Source: Octopus sinensis (Eukaryota). Taken from it: a DNA stretch of 64,000 nt. The stretch is from assembly GCF_006345805.1 (NCBI RefSeq), contig NC_043002.1, positions 69,316,001 through 69,380,000 of the forward strand. Reading direction: 5' to 3'. Shown piece after piece: positions 51,100 to 64,000 of the stretch (its first letter is position 1; every line of letters starts with the position of its first letter). Below the pieces are notes generated by a model. It had not been told where the DNA came from. It was given only the letters and a program-made list of their open reading frames with translations, and made no database searches. Made by a program: the position numbers and the translations under genes.

Positions 51100-51323
51100 C
51101 AAGGGGGTGCTAGAAAGTTCCTGGTTTTAAGAATATCGCAAAAGGCCTGGCTGGAGGCCAAACCTCCCGAGTTTTTTTACAGGGCTTAAAAAAAACAACA
51201 ACTAAAGGACAGCTGCAATAAGTGTGTGAATCTGAGAGGGAATACGTTGAATAGAAATCATGATTACTTGATCCTCCTGTATTTTCTTTTACCCAAAGCC
51301 AGAAACTTTTCAGCAATCCTTCG
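51100..51323 (+). mobile_element. Mariner-type MITE
   Basis: TA-flanked copy of the 3548 family. Confidence 0.85.
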
Positions 51324-52137
51324 TATATACGGGTCCCAAGTATTCATAATCTCCCGTGAGTCGCTACCGCTATTAATGCTGCCATTCAGTGCTATTAGAT
51401 TCCAAATGATTTATTTGAGTATTTACAACATTTTCTTCAGTCAATTCTCTTGTTCTTTCTTTTGTTCATATAGTTGTGTATTTTAAGTTAGTTCTACCTT
51501 TTTTTTTTGCTACTGCGTTGTTTTATCGTATAGCATAATTATGTGTGGTAGCCATTTTGGATGCAAAAACGTAATGGACGTAAATATAATTTTAAATGAA
51601 ACTTTCGCGTGGTAATGCATGAATAAAGCGTGTTTTGAATGACAAAACCAAATTTTATAGGAAGACGAAGTCTTATCTGGTGTTCAGCTAAAATTGTATT
51701 TCCTCCTGCACAGAACAAGGAATGGAGAAACATGAAAATTGTTTGAGATAAAGTTTTAAAAATAGATACCCACCTACTACTACCACCGCCACAACCACTG
51801 CAATCACCATCAACAACTACAACAACGACAATAATAACAACAACAGTGACAGATTGCGAACAAGCTTCCTACCAACGCTTTTAAAAGTATTCGGTAGTTT
51901 CATATCAATGGACTAAATCACGTCCCAGAACTGCCTGACTAATTACATAGTAAAACAAATGACTCAGTTTTACAACTAGGAAGGAATTTCTAGATAAATC
52001 CATCCGTGCCTCTTATTTGCTTTTAAAGTTTTAAAACATAAAGTGTACAAGTAAGATGCAGATAATGACGGCATAGTAGGAGATTACATATGGTAGGAGT
52101 AATAGGAGATTACATATGGTAGAAGAGGAGGTATATG

Positions 52138-52585
52138 AAGGCGGCGAGTTGGTAGAAACGTTAGCAAAAGAGGCGAGCTGGCAGAAACATTAGCACGCCG
52201 GGCGAAATGCTTAGTGGTATTTCGTCTGCCGCTACGTTCTGAGTTCAAATTCCGCCGAGGTCGACTTTGCCTTTCATACTTTCGGGGTCGATAAATTAAG
52301 TACCAGTTACGCACTGGGGTCGATATAATCGACTTAATCCGTTTGTCTGTCCTTGTTTGTCCCCTCTGTGTTTAACCCCTTGTGGGTAGTAAAGAAATAG
52401 GTATTTCGTCTGCCGTTACGTCCTGAGTTCAAATTCGGCCGAGGTCAACTTTGCCTATCATCCTTTCGGGGTCGATTAAATAAGTACCAGTTACGTACTG
52501 GAATCGATAATATCGACTTAATCCGTTTGTCTGTCCTTGTTTGTCCCCTCTATGTTTAGCCCCCTGTGGGCAATAAAGAAATACA
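52138..52585 (+). mobile_element. SINE family B tandem dimer with duplicated head
   Basis: ggcgag(t/c)tgg.agaaac.ttagca occurs twice; junction aaagaaata|ggtatttcg at 52400. Confidence 0.9.
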
Positions 52586-52879
52586 TAAGTACTAAAACTA
52601 GGTGACTACCTTCCAAGAACAGGTATAATTCAACTGACGAGTGTACACAGTTTCCGTAGACTTAAATTTTCCGTGTAAGGCTTGGATTAATCAGGAACCA
52701 TGGTAAGAGACACTTGCCGAAGATGCCCCGTGCTGAAATCAATTGTAGAATCACTGTTTGCCAATCCATCCATTAAAAATTATGAAAGCATTTATATAGG
52801 CAATAAATAGTAAAAGTTAATCTTCGATACTGGTCAATCATGATTAAGTTATAACCCATTTGGTCAATCTAATAAATAA

Positions 52880-53235
52880 TGACAGGGTGCATGGGTCAGA
52901 GATCAAAGCGTCTCTCCAGGTCGAGCTGCTTCTTATCGGCATTGAGAAGCAACAGTTACAGTGTTATGAATATGTTATTAGAATGTCGCAGGAAAGAATC
53001 GCAAGACAGATTCTTCAAGCCGATCCAACTTGCAGGAGACCTAGGGACAGACCAAGAACTAGATGGTTGGATGATACCAATCGTCTTAGTTGGTCATATT
53101 TGGAAACCTATCCGGAAAATATAATTGTGGTTGCTTCTGATAGAACTATATGACGGAGGTGCCCGAGGACTCTACTCTACAAGGACACGACCCTCCCAGG
53201 AATAGCGGGCGGAGAAAATGGCTGGATGAATGAAT
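52880..53235 (+). pseudogene. RTE-like LINE 3' fragment
   Basis: QLQCYEYVIRMSQERIARQIL..RRPRDRPRTRWLD. Confidence 0.75.
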
Positions 53236-54019
53236 ATCGCTGGTTCTGTACCAGATATTGATTTTGAAGACGACAAAGAAAGCCTGTCAACTGGTAGATA
53301 TATCTGTACTATCAGGAAGGAAGTTCATTCAATACAAAGCTAAAGACGTCACTTACGAAGACTTGCAGTGAGAGCTTTCGAGAATGCTTGCAGCTGACAT
53401 CTGAATAAACAACACTGAAAAAAGAGGAAACTCACAAGTCTGAGCAATTCTGAAATTATTAAAACATACAGAAGACAGCCATAGCTACAACTTTCTATTT
53501 AGTTTGTTATTTATTAATTCGGCCGATCCTATTAAGGCGGCACGAATGTAGCAATTAAAAACCGGCGTTTATTCTCGTTGAACATCAATAATTATCAAAA
53601 TTAAATGAGAAAATCTGTGAAAAAGTAGGAACACGTACAAAAATCCCGAAAACACCAAACAATAGGAACAATTACAATAACTATAATTGTTTAAGAAACA
53701 ACAAGGGAATATTATTATTATATATTACAAAAATAGAATAAAAAACATTCAAAAGGCAAAATTGTTTATGATAAGTAACTTGTACATCTGTAAATAATCT
53801 TAACTAGGATTTGTTTCTACCGTATTATCCTCCACCGTACCAACCTATAAAACGCTTATCTTACATATGGATGTGGTTGTAAGTATTTATATTGCTTCTC
53901 AAACTATAATAAACCAGGGTCGATGGAATGTATAACTTTTAATGGACACCTGTGGAGTATCACAACTATTCTGTCCGCCATAGACTCCATGTGTTGTTTT
54001 GATGACATTGGGGAAGATT

Positions 54020-54094
<75 letters not shown>

Positions 54095-54229
54095 GTCTGT
54101 CTGTCTGTCTATGTTTGTCTGTCTGTCTCCCCCTCTCTGTCTCTGTTGTCCTGTCTTTGTTTCTCTCTCTCTCTCCTCCCCCTCTCTCTCTTTATATATA
54201 TATATATATATATATATATTCTTTTTTTA

Positions 54230-54530
54230 CCCATTTTACTTGTTTCAGTCATTTGACTGCGGCCATGCTGGAGCACCGCTTTTAGCCGAACAAATCGACT
54301 CCAGGACTTATTCTTTGTAAATCTAGTACTTATTCTATTGGTCTCTTTTTCCGAACCATTAAGTTAATGGGGACGTAAACACACAAACATCAGTTGTCAA
54401 GCGATGGTGGTGGGTTTCTTTCAGTTTCCGTCCACTAAATCCATTCACAAGGCTTTGGTCGGCCCAGGGCTATAGTAGACACTTGCCCAAGCTGTCACAC
54501 AGTGGGATTGAACTCGGAACCATGTGGTTA
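54230..54530 (-). mobile_element. SINE family A lacking the internal microsatellite
   Basis: Tail and head halves joined directly. Confidence 0.85.
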
Positions 54531-54577
54531 ATGCTTATATATATATATGTGTGCATATATATATATGTATATATATA

Positions 54578-55403
54578 TCTGGACCATAAGACACTAAAGT
54601 GCATCAGCACCTTGGAACACTAAACTGAATCTGGACCCTAGGACACTAAAGTGCATCTGGACCATAGGACACTAAAGTGCATATGGTGCTCATGCACTTT
54701 AGCATCTGGACTATAAGACACTAAAGTATATCTGGACCCTAGGACACTAAAGTGCATCTGGACCATAGGACACTAAAATGCATCAGAACCCTAGGACACT
54801 AAACTGCATCTGGACCCGAGAATACTAAAGTGCACCTTGACACTGGGACACTAAACTGCATCAGGACCATAGGACATGAAAGTGCATCTGGAACATAGGA
54901 CACTAAAGTGCATCTGGACTATAGAACACTAAACTGCAGCAGGACCCAAGGACACTAAACACAGCTTAGTGTCCTAGGGTCCAGATGCAGTTTAGTGTCC
55001 TAGTGTCCAGATGCAGTTTAGTGTCCTATGGTCCAAATGCATTTTAGTGTCCTGATGCACTTTAGTGTCCTATGGTCCTGATGCAGTTTAGTGTCCTATG
55101 GTCCAAATGCACAGTAGTATCCTATGGTCCAGATGCAGTTTAGTATCCTATGGTCCAGATGCAATTTAGTGTCCTATGGTCCTGATGCAGTTTGGTGTCG
55201 TATGGTCCAGATGCACTTTAGTATCCTAGGGTCCAGATGCACTTTAGTGTCCTATGGTCCTGATGCAGTTTAGTGTCCTAGGGTTCAGATGCAGTTTAGT
55301 GTCCCAGGGTCCTAATGCACTATAGTGTCCTATGGTCCTGATGCAGTTTAGTGTCCTAGGGTTCAGATGCAGTTTAGTGTCCTAGGGTCCTGATGCACTT
55401 TAG
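54578..55403. repeat. 26-bp minisatellite with central inversion (fold-back)
   Basis: Unit ctggaccataggacactaaagtgcat; orientation flips across a 7-nt loop at 54959-54965. Confidence 0.95.
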
Positions 55404-55439
55404 CCACCTTTGGTGATGAAATATACCCATTAGGGATAG

Positions 55440-57885
55440 AAATAAAATATTATGAACATTTACTACCTGTGGTGGATGTTGAAAGACTGAAACCGCTGTA
55501 TACTTACTAGATTCAGTGGAAGTTAGATGAAAGTAGATTTAAAATGATACTACGTGGAAGTGGGATCGAGTAGTGGGCATTACATCTTCATTATATAACT
55601 TCATATCATTCATCCGCTTATGTCTTTGTCCCCACTTGTACTGTCTTGTTGTCCCCGTCTATGTATGCTTTTTATAGGCAAATCAAGAGACGCGTTCGTG
55701 TTGGTAGCAATTCACTGTGAGCCTTTGATGTAGAGCGTCGAGTCTCGTGTAATATTAATAATAGTGCGTCGTGTATATACTTTCTTCCCCACTACTTCGG
55801 TATATTGTATATCAAATACAAGGATATAAAAGTGGCGAAGTGGTGTCCGAAGCTTACGTTGGGTGTTTAAAATTTATTCTTTGGTAGGAAACCAAAGAAT
55901 AAATTGTTTTAACATGGAAGACTTATTGACCTCCGTGGTGTAGTTGCAGCAGTAGCAGCAGCAACTACAACAACAAAACCAACAGTTGCTGGAATGAATG
56001 TTGAAGGAGTCTGAAAATACTTCAGATTCATATTTGCTAGATAGCGTATCAAACTCAATTGAAGAATTCAGCTATAAACCTGAAGAAGGTACTACCTTCT
56101 CTGCATATTTTCATTGATACGAAGAAATCTTGGATCTTTTCGGTTTGAACGGCAGTTTTTTAAAATGATTTCCACGTAACTAAACACTTTTAAACTTCGC
56201 ATACTGGTAGAATGTGTTTATAAAACATCTTTTTCTCTTGGCTTTATTGAGAAAATTCTATGGTTTGTAAGATATTTGTTGTTTTTTTCTTCAATTTCTG
56301 CAATTTCAACCAATCAATGACGTCTACTGAGGGGAAAACATTCTGTGCCATATGAATATGTCCCTCGTTTAAGAAACAGATTGGGTTTATTTACATTTGT
56401 GAAAAAAAAAGATACGCTCCCCCCCCACCCCTAACCCTAAAAGAGATTGAAATGTAATAGATCGATACTAGGGTCATAATTATGGGTGACAATTTCATAT
56501 GACACTGCTAGAAAAAACTGCCGTTCAAACCGAAAAGATCCGAAATCTTCAAAGAAGAAGGTAAAAGTTGGCCCGATAGAGAAAAGTACGATTACTTTTA
56601 AGAAAGTTATCCCCTGCTGAACAGGAAAAATAGAGTAATCATATTCTGCCGAAGAAGCCAGGTGAGATTTGTTTCGATGAAATTTATTATTTTATCGAAA
56701 ATTCTCAGTGAAAGAAGTATCCTGTTCAATACTTGCTGGCAATGTTTCAATTTGGTCAAAAAAAAAAAAAAAAAAAAAAAAAAAGAAATGAAGATTTCGC
56801 TACCTATGCCGGAATAGTTAACAGAGAGCGTGAGACATTCAAATTGAATGATTTGACATGTTCATGTCTTTAATTTTTAGATCAAGAGCAAAGATGCAGA
56901 TATACGTCCCTGGATATTAATAAAATTAGAACAGAACCAAAATTTAACTCTGAAGGTAGTAGCACAACAATGTCAGAGGATTATTAATCTACGACACGAG
57001 GCAAATAAAATTGAAGAGAAAGATTCTCGAATTCAAGTGTGTCGACCGGTAGCGAATAAGAAAAAACAATACGCCAAGACCGAATTCATGTTATGGGTAC
57101 GGTGGTCTACATTTTAAAAATAACTGTCCGTTTAAAAATACAAAATGTTACAAGTGTGGTAAAATAGGCCATAAAAAGCCGCATTGTAGGACAGAACCTA
57201 AAAAACGACTCAACAGAAAAAATCACGTAAACGGATAATCGGTGACAAAAAATATGAACGAGTCTCAAAGAAAATTTGTGTACGTAAAAATTGCACAAAC
57301 GTAAAGTTACAATTGAATACAGGCAGCAACATTTCAATAATTAACACAGATACATGGAAAAAGATAAGGAGACCTAAATTAAATGAACTCTCGAAAATTA
57401 CCAGGTGTTTCAGGAAAAAATAGTATTTTTAAGGGTGTATTTATAAGTAACATTACATTTTGTGAAAATACCTTAAAGGCTAAAATTTTTGTGCTAAATA
57501 ATACAACAAACTTGTTCGTTACTGACTAGATGGAATTGTTTAATTTATAGGGCCACCCTGTAAATCTTTTCCGTAAAAAAGTGAATCGTCAAACGAATTG
57601 AAAAAGAAAAGAAAAAAAAACAACACAAAATTAAAAATATTTTTCCTGAAGTTCTGTCCGATAAATTAGGTCTGTGTACCAAAACGAAAGCACGGTTTCA
57701 AATACAAGAAAACGCCAGACCGATATTTTGACAAAAACGAATTGTACCGTTCGCATCGTTACAACAGATAAACTTAGAGAGACAACAAAAAGTTGGTGTT
57801 ATCCAAAAGGTGGAATGCTTTGTATGGTCAGCACCAACTGTGTTCGTTAAGAAAAAGAATAATAAAATTAGTGTGTGCTGGGAAA
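55440..57885 (+). mobile_element. Decayed Ty3/Gypsy LTR retrotransposon (putative LTR, PBS, gag, protease, start of RT)
   Basis: tggcga PBS-like motif at 55833; EDFATYAGIVNRE; zinc knuckle CYKCGKIGHKKPHC; protease VKLQLNTGSNISII; WSAPTVFVKKKN. LTR limits are uncertain. Confidence 0.85.
56132..56541. mobile_element. Merlin-like MITE inserted in the Gypsy gag
   Basis: ~30-bp TIRs ggatcttttcggtttgaacggcagtttttt; exact 8-bp TSD gaaatctt. Confidence 0.88.
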
Positions 57886-60418
57886 GTACAGGACAAGAAA
57901 ACTTTTACTGAATATATTGCAGCTAAGGATAAGATTTGAATATTAAAAGTTATTTGATTTTAATTTACAAAGTAACATTATAATTAAAAAAGGTACCATC
58001 AGTTTGTTAAAATATTGACGCACTAGAATACTTAGAAATTGAGAGCCAGAAGTACAGATATAGCTAAAGTTTTATGCAAAGTAGAATAGTATATATGGTA
58101 GGCAAATTCATTATGTTAAAAATAGGCATTGGGTCAAGACTAAAAATGTGAAGACTTGGCAATAACTGAAGCTAATTTTACAGTGAATTTGTTGTAGATT
58201 TTACAGTAATACATAACTAATTTTGTAGTATTCTATTTATTGTATTAACTAATTATGTACTACTCTTATTTTCTATAACCTATTTTTAAATTTTTAATGA
58301 ATAATTTTAAAAAATTCATTTTTTTAAAGCGCAAAAATATTTTGAATTATTTGAGTAAATTTTTAATAGAAGTAACTAGTAGCAATAAATAGAAGTAATA
58401 ACTTGTAATAAAATTTTTAGTTTTAATAAAAGCTAATATTTTCTAAATCTAAATATTTTATTTGAAATTTTATCCTTAGCTGCAATATTTTAAGTAAAAA
58501 TTTTCTTGTTCTTTACTTTACCAGATGTAATAACTTGTCCTGAACTTTTCCAAGTGTAATAACTTGTCCCGTATTTTTCTAGATTTATAATCTTAAGAAT
58601 ATTATTTCTCTTGCTCGAATGTTTCCATGCAATAAATGTATATGTATTATCAGAATGAGAGCGTCGTCTTCCAGTTGTCACTGTCGACCTCGCCATAAGA
58701 CCCAGACTCTAATTCTGATTATAGGCTGTGTTTGTGGTTTCTGATGTGTGCAACAGTTCATCACACATTTCGCCCCAAGTTCTGGTGGTGGATACGAGTG
58801 GAAGGAATCAGCACTAGCGATTGATGAAGGAAGTCTACTGCTATGTGATATCGGAAGTCGTATTGATACTCACAAATTAAGAAAATGTAAAGAAATTGAT
58901 ATTTACGACAGTCTCCACCAGGTTTGAGATGCTAGAAGTGAAGGTGATATGCCGGTAAATAGGATTAAAGGAATAAGAATATTTGGAGGTGAGACATATT
59001 CTGTCCCACATTTCATAATATCTGTATGTCACAAACCCAATAGACTCAGTTACTTTCTGAGAATGGGAGCCAGGATTTCTGGTTTGCAACCAAAAATATC
59101 TCTACGTACATTGTGGAATTGCTTTACGAGTCACATCTCAATCAAAATGGGAGATTGTACGAGAAAGGTGACGGTATTCCGCCTTGTTTGATTAGAGTGA
59201 TTGTACGGGCATTGCAGCAGATAGAATGGAGAAAAAAAGGAGTCTAAGAGTGGAACTATCGTAATTGTGAGCGTAATGTTAAAAATGTAACGAATGTTTG
59301 CACAAATGCTACATGCAGAACCATCGCGCTTGAGGTGTGACAAGTAAAACGATCCGGCAATGGACACAGAGATACGATCTATCACGAACCAGAAATTCTG
59401 GTTGCCAATTTTAGAATTGGGGGCGAGTTTGTTGGCCGTATGATATACAAACATACTGTTCATTCTCCTAATGGTTATTTTACTGATATACGACTCTAGG
59501 TTAAACTTTCCCGCTGATAACAGTCGGCGATTTTTCTTCAGTATTAAATAATATTCTTTCTCTTTTCAGTTGCATGAATCAAAAGGTTGACTGTTTGATA
59601 GACTGAAGTGCAAACGAAGGATGGTTGTTTCATCCTACATTTTAGCCACTCGTCTCGAGTGTTGCGTGTGTGTCTGTATGTAAGGTGGGAGCTCATCTGA
59701 CACCAGGAAAAGTCGATGGGAATCTGCGAGACCCCGACCTGTTAGTTTCTAGTGTCAAAGTATTTTCAGAAGCAGATGTGATTTGATTAGACAGTGATCG
59801 TATGGGGTAAGGACTGTGATGGAGAGACTGCGTCGTGAGTAAATGTTGGCTTTGAAGGTAAAAAGGAGGTCATGTTTGTCTAAGCACGGGTATCTACATG
59901 CATACGACGTTCTGTGTATGTTAACCGAACACGCACACACACACACACGCACGCACACACACGTGTAATTATACGAAAGCAAGTTTGGAAGTAGATCTAC
60001 ACGTGTGGCTAACAAAAATGAATGTTCGTATGGAAACGATATTTTGGTTCTCCCACACATATGCACTTCTCACAACCCCAAATACGCAGATAAATAATTG
60101 CATGGCTTCATAGGTCTGTTCATTGCTTTAGACATTGTAGATCTAAGCCAGTTTAAAATATCTGCTCTAGATACAGCACTTATCTACCATTGGTAATATC
60201 CCGTGCTGATCTTATCCATGTATGTCACCGAGAGGGAAGCCGAGGCGCACAGAATTAATTCCTCTGCCCAGAAATCCATTATGAATTCTCATGTAAATTA
60301 TTGATGTAAGCAATATTTCAGTAAACATAAGCATACACGGTGCGCATACATATACAAATACATGCACACACACGCATACACTTTCATACGCACTCGAACG
60401 TGTGTGTGTACGTGTACA

Positions 60419-60578
60419 GGCGCAGAAGTGGTTGTGGTAAGTAGCTTGCTAACCAACAACATGGTTCCGAGTTCAGTCCTACTGCGTGGCACTTTGGGCG
60501 AGTGTCTTCTACTATAGTCTCGGGCCGACCAAAGCCTTGTGAGTGGATTTGGTAGATGGAAACTGAAAGAAGCCCGTC

Positions 60579-60670
<92 letters not shown>

Positions 60671-60710
60671 GTGTTTGTCCCCCACCATCGCTTGATAACC
60701 AATGCTGGTG
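60419..60710 (+). mobile_element. SINE family A, 3'-truncated
   Basis: Head aggcgcagaagtgg.., CORE-like segment and microsatellite. Confidence 0.9.
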
Positions 60711-60731
60711 TATAACGATCTATCAAGGCGA

Positions 60732-60790
<59 letters not shown>

Positions 60791-61615
60791 CTAGCAGAAT
60801 TGCCAGGCGTTGCTCGGGGCTGAATTGCTTGAAAGTACTGTTAATGATTGCACTGAATTATGATGATTATTCAGGCAAATATTGATATAAGTTAACGATC
60901 AAACGTGTGCCATTGCATTGTTTTGGGGGAACCAAATATCTGATGAGCATTATAGGGGCACCAACTTTAAGTTTGAGAAAGTGTGGTGGTAGTCCGGGGT
61001 GCTCAAAGGAATTGAGTACCTCTATTGGATAGTTGATGACGTCCTCTGGGTCAGGAGTTGTATCGATAGACTGATATACATAGACTTCCCCAGGAATGAG
61101 TTTTAGCATTTCATCATTAATATAGTGAACAGTTTTATTCCTCGGGGCCAGTATAGCCTTTTGGCCAATCCAATCCATATTCTGATAATTAGCTTGTAGA
61201 TCTGGGAACACTGCATCTCTGAGATCAGAAGGCGTCTTAACAAAGGTACAAATGGAATCGATGGCAATATTACCAGTTTCATCCCCTGGTATTTTGCCTT
61301 CGCCAAGTGCAAGGAGGGTGTGAGGAAATGCTGCTGATGTGATATTACGTCGCATATGAGCACGCATATTGGTGTGAAGTTTGAGAGTTACTTCCCTTTA
61401 TTAAAAAAATATGCATTAAAATGGAAAACAATGATGGTAAATTATTTGTAAAATCGTAGACTCATCGTAGACGCGCGCTAATACCCAGAAAGGCTCGATA
61501 TGAATCACGACTATAGGATACCCGGTTTTGGTTAAACTGCATCGCAAAATGTGGGAGTAGTTAGGAATCTAAATCGGAGTAGAGAGACACACAACCTTTC
61601 TTTTATATATAAAGA
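60791..61615 (-). mobile_element. Internally deleted Helitron (825 bp)
   Basis: On the minus strand: A|TCTTTATATATAAAAG start, terminal hairpin and CTAG|T end, helicase fragment inside. Confidence 0.92.
60867..61367 (-). pseudogene. Helitron Rep/Hel Pif1-family helicase, C-terminal fragment
   Basis: AILAPRNKTVHYIN..YPIEVLNS..GLPPHFLKLKVGAPIMLIRYLVPPKQCNGTRLIV. Confidence 0.93.
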
Positions 61616-62300
61616 TTTTCGTCCTAAAAAACTTTGTATGGAGTGAATGGTTACCTCTATGGAAATATATACACACACGTTATACATACATGTGTGCATA
61701 GATGAATATATAAATACATTTATATATCTATATACACTTTTGGGCGATCTTTCTGCTACTTAGAGATAACTTTAGATCTTATTTTCGTCCTAAAAAACTT
61801 TGTGCGGAGTGAATGGTTACGTCTATGGAAATATATACACACACATTATACATACATCTGTGTATAGATGAATATATAAATACATTTAAATATCTATATA
61901 CACTTTTGGGCGATCTTTCTGCTACTTGGATATACTTTAGATCTTATATTCGTCCTAAATAACTTTGTATGGAGTGAATGGTTACCTCTATGGAAATATA
62001 TACACACACATTATACATACATCTGTGTATAGATGAATATATAAATACATTTAAATATCTATATACACTTTTGGGCGATCTTTCTGCTACTTGGATATAC
62101 TTTAGATCTTATATTCGTCCTAAATAACTTTGTATGGAGTGAATGGTTACCTCTATGGAAATATATACACACACATTATACATACATCTGTGTATAGATG
62201 AATATATAAATACATTTAAATATCTATATACACTTTTGGGCGATCTTTCTGCTACTTAGAGATAACTTTAGATCTTATATTCGTCCTAAAAACTTTGTAT
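61616..62300. repeat. 165-166-bp tandem repeat, just over 4 units
   Basis: cgtcct recurs at 61620, 61786, 61951, 62116 and 62282. Confidence 0.95.
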
Positions 62301-62699
62301 AAATTGAAAAAGAAAAGGAATTGAAATTTTTAAGAAAGGAATTTGTTTACATACATGTGTGAAATGGCAAATGTTTGTGCAGTTGTCCGAAATGGAAGCA
62401 GGGTAAATGTGTGGAACTGATGTATAATAATGAATAGTCCTTCTTGTTGTGAATATTAATTTGATGAATATGAACTGAAAACCAGTGGTGTAGCATAGGT
62501 GATCTTCTTCTAGCAAAAAGGATGACCAGTCTGACTGGCTCATCCCTGTCACACACTCACACACACGCACACACACACACACACACGCACCCTCACACAC
62601 ACACGCACACACACACACACACACACACTCACACATACGCGCGCACACACACACACACACGTTAGCTTACAATTTTATTTATATATTTGCGTGCCTATG

Positions 62700-63312
62700 T
62701 GTGTAAAGAGGAAGTGGGAGTAAAGGCTTTGAAGGGAAAGAGTGAAATGGTAGTTTTCTCGAATTTTTTCTGAAATGGGGGTGAAATTGAAAGAAATTTT
62801 GTATGCCATGACCGAATGGAGTACTTTGAAAAATCAGAGGTAAACTCTAATTGAAGAAATTGTGTGAGGAGTAAATCGTTATGTATTTATTTGTTTCTGT
62901 TTGCTGTGTTTTTTTTTTGAGTAGTGGTTTAAGGTACACTTGCAAAGAGAAAGTATGAGTGAAGCAGTTCATCCGTTTTATATAAATACTTTCACTTTAA
63001 TCGTTGCACACTTGCAAAGAGAAAGGAGGAGAAATTAGGGTGATAGCATGAGTGAAGCATTTCGCTCCGTTTGTGTGTGTGTGTGTGTGTGCTGTAGCCC
63101 ACACTAAGAAAAGCACTTCACTTACACACCACAAAGTGAGTTTTCTCGAAATTTTGCTTAAATGGGGGTGAAATTTGAAAAACTGTACCTGGCATGACCC
63201 GATGCATTCTACTCTTAAAAATGCTAGGTAAATTGTAATTGAAGAAATCCTATATTGTAGATTTCTATAAGAGACAAAGGGAGGCAGATAAAATCTGCCT
63301 TTTATAATAAGA
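62700..63312 (-). mobile_element. Probable Helitron 5' part
   Basis: Minus strand starts TCTTATTATAAAAGG at 63312; no 3' CTAG end located, so the lower limit is a guess. Confidence 0.5.
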
Positions 63313-63670
63313 CTAGCAGTATCGCCCGGCGTTGCTCGGGTTTGTTTCGACCCGCTGGAATTGTAATTTTGAAAAGTAAAAATTTTGTGAACATTTTTCT
63401 GGTCGAAATACACCGAAAAGTGGCGACACAGCAGTGAAAAAATCGTAAAAAATAGGGATTTTCATAGAAAAAAGCATCTTTTTGATGTAAATAATTTTTG
63501 GTGTTAACATGGTCCGATTTGAATTTTATATTCTACGGAAGGAAGAGCAACCCTTCTTCTATCATACTCTCAATTTTGGTCAACTTGCGCCGCAGGGTCT
63601 CGGAGGAGATAGTGTTAGTTGAAGGTTACCAAACGTGGCGCACACAGACAACTTTAGCTTTATATAGAGA
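63313..63670 (-). mobile_element. Non-autonomous Helitron (358 bp), complete
   Basis: TCTCTATATAAAG start; cccgagcaacgccgggcgatactgCTAG end. Confidence 0.9.
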
Positions 63671-63989
63671 CTAGCAGTATCGCCCGGCGTTGCTCGGGTT
63701 TGTTTCGACCCGCTGGAATTGTAATTTTGAAAAGTAAAAATTTTGTGAACATTTTTCTGGTCGAAATACACCGAAAAGTGGCGACACAGCAGTGAAAAAA
63801 TCGTAAAAAATAGGGATTTTCATAGAAAAAAGCATCTTTTTGATGTAAATAATTTTTGGTGTTAACATGGTCCGATTTGAATTTTATGTTCTACGGAAGG
63901 AAGAGCAACCCTTCTTCTACCATACTCTCAATTTTGGTCAACTTGCGCCGCAGGGTCTCGGAGGAGATAGTGTTAGTTGAAGGTTACCA
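63671..63989 (-). mobile_element. Near-identical tandem copy of the 358-bp Helitron lacking its 5' ~40 bp
   Basis: Matches 63313-63631 with about two substitutions, then diverges. Confidence 0.9.
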
Positions 63990-64000
63990 TTCTAGGTGCC

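Noticed and set aside
54578-55403. CRISPR-like or hammerhead-bearing array (ctgatg in the unit)
   Set aside because: No unique spacers, eukaryotic context, and no CUGANGA plus GAAA core.
58877-59463. Overlapping short ORFs in GC-balanced unique DNA
   Set aside because: No motif recognised in any frame and no coherent exon boundaries.

Overview
No intact protein-coding gene, true tRNA/rRNA gene or CRISPR array is recognisable. This is AT-rich, repeat-saturated animal DNA, intronic or intergenic. The SINE/MITE repertoire looks like that of an octopod cephalopod (recognition only, not a database result). Most ORFs in the supplied track are translations of microsatellites. Supportable content: (i) at least four tRNA-headed SINE families plus a ~550-bp promoter-less element that sits in (AAT)n; (ii) decayed LINE fragments (CR1/L2-like, L1/Tx1-like, RTE, R4/Dong-like restriction-like endonuclease); (iii) a full-length but frameshifted mariner nested in a mariner-type MITE, plus Merlin-, piggyBac- and hAT-like MITEs with target-site duplications; (iv) a decayed Ty3/Gypsy gag-protease-RT; (v) a Helitron cluster with a Pif1 helicase fragment and CTAG|TC head-to-tail junctions; (vi) Penelope-like termini with hammerhead motifs, one nearly intact inside a 170-bp palindrome. 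Fold-back DNA is unusually dense: 170-bp and 263-bp palindromes, a ~320-bp inverted duplication spanning 3.8 kb, and an ~830-bp minisatellite that reverses orientation. A few exon-like and splice-like islands are reported at low confidence. Ends of diverged repeats are approximate (tens of bp); ends defined by TIRs or TSDs were counted directly.
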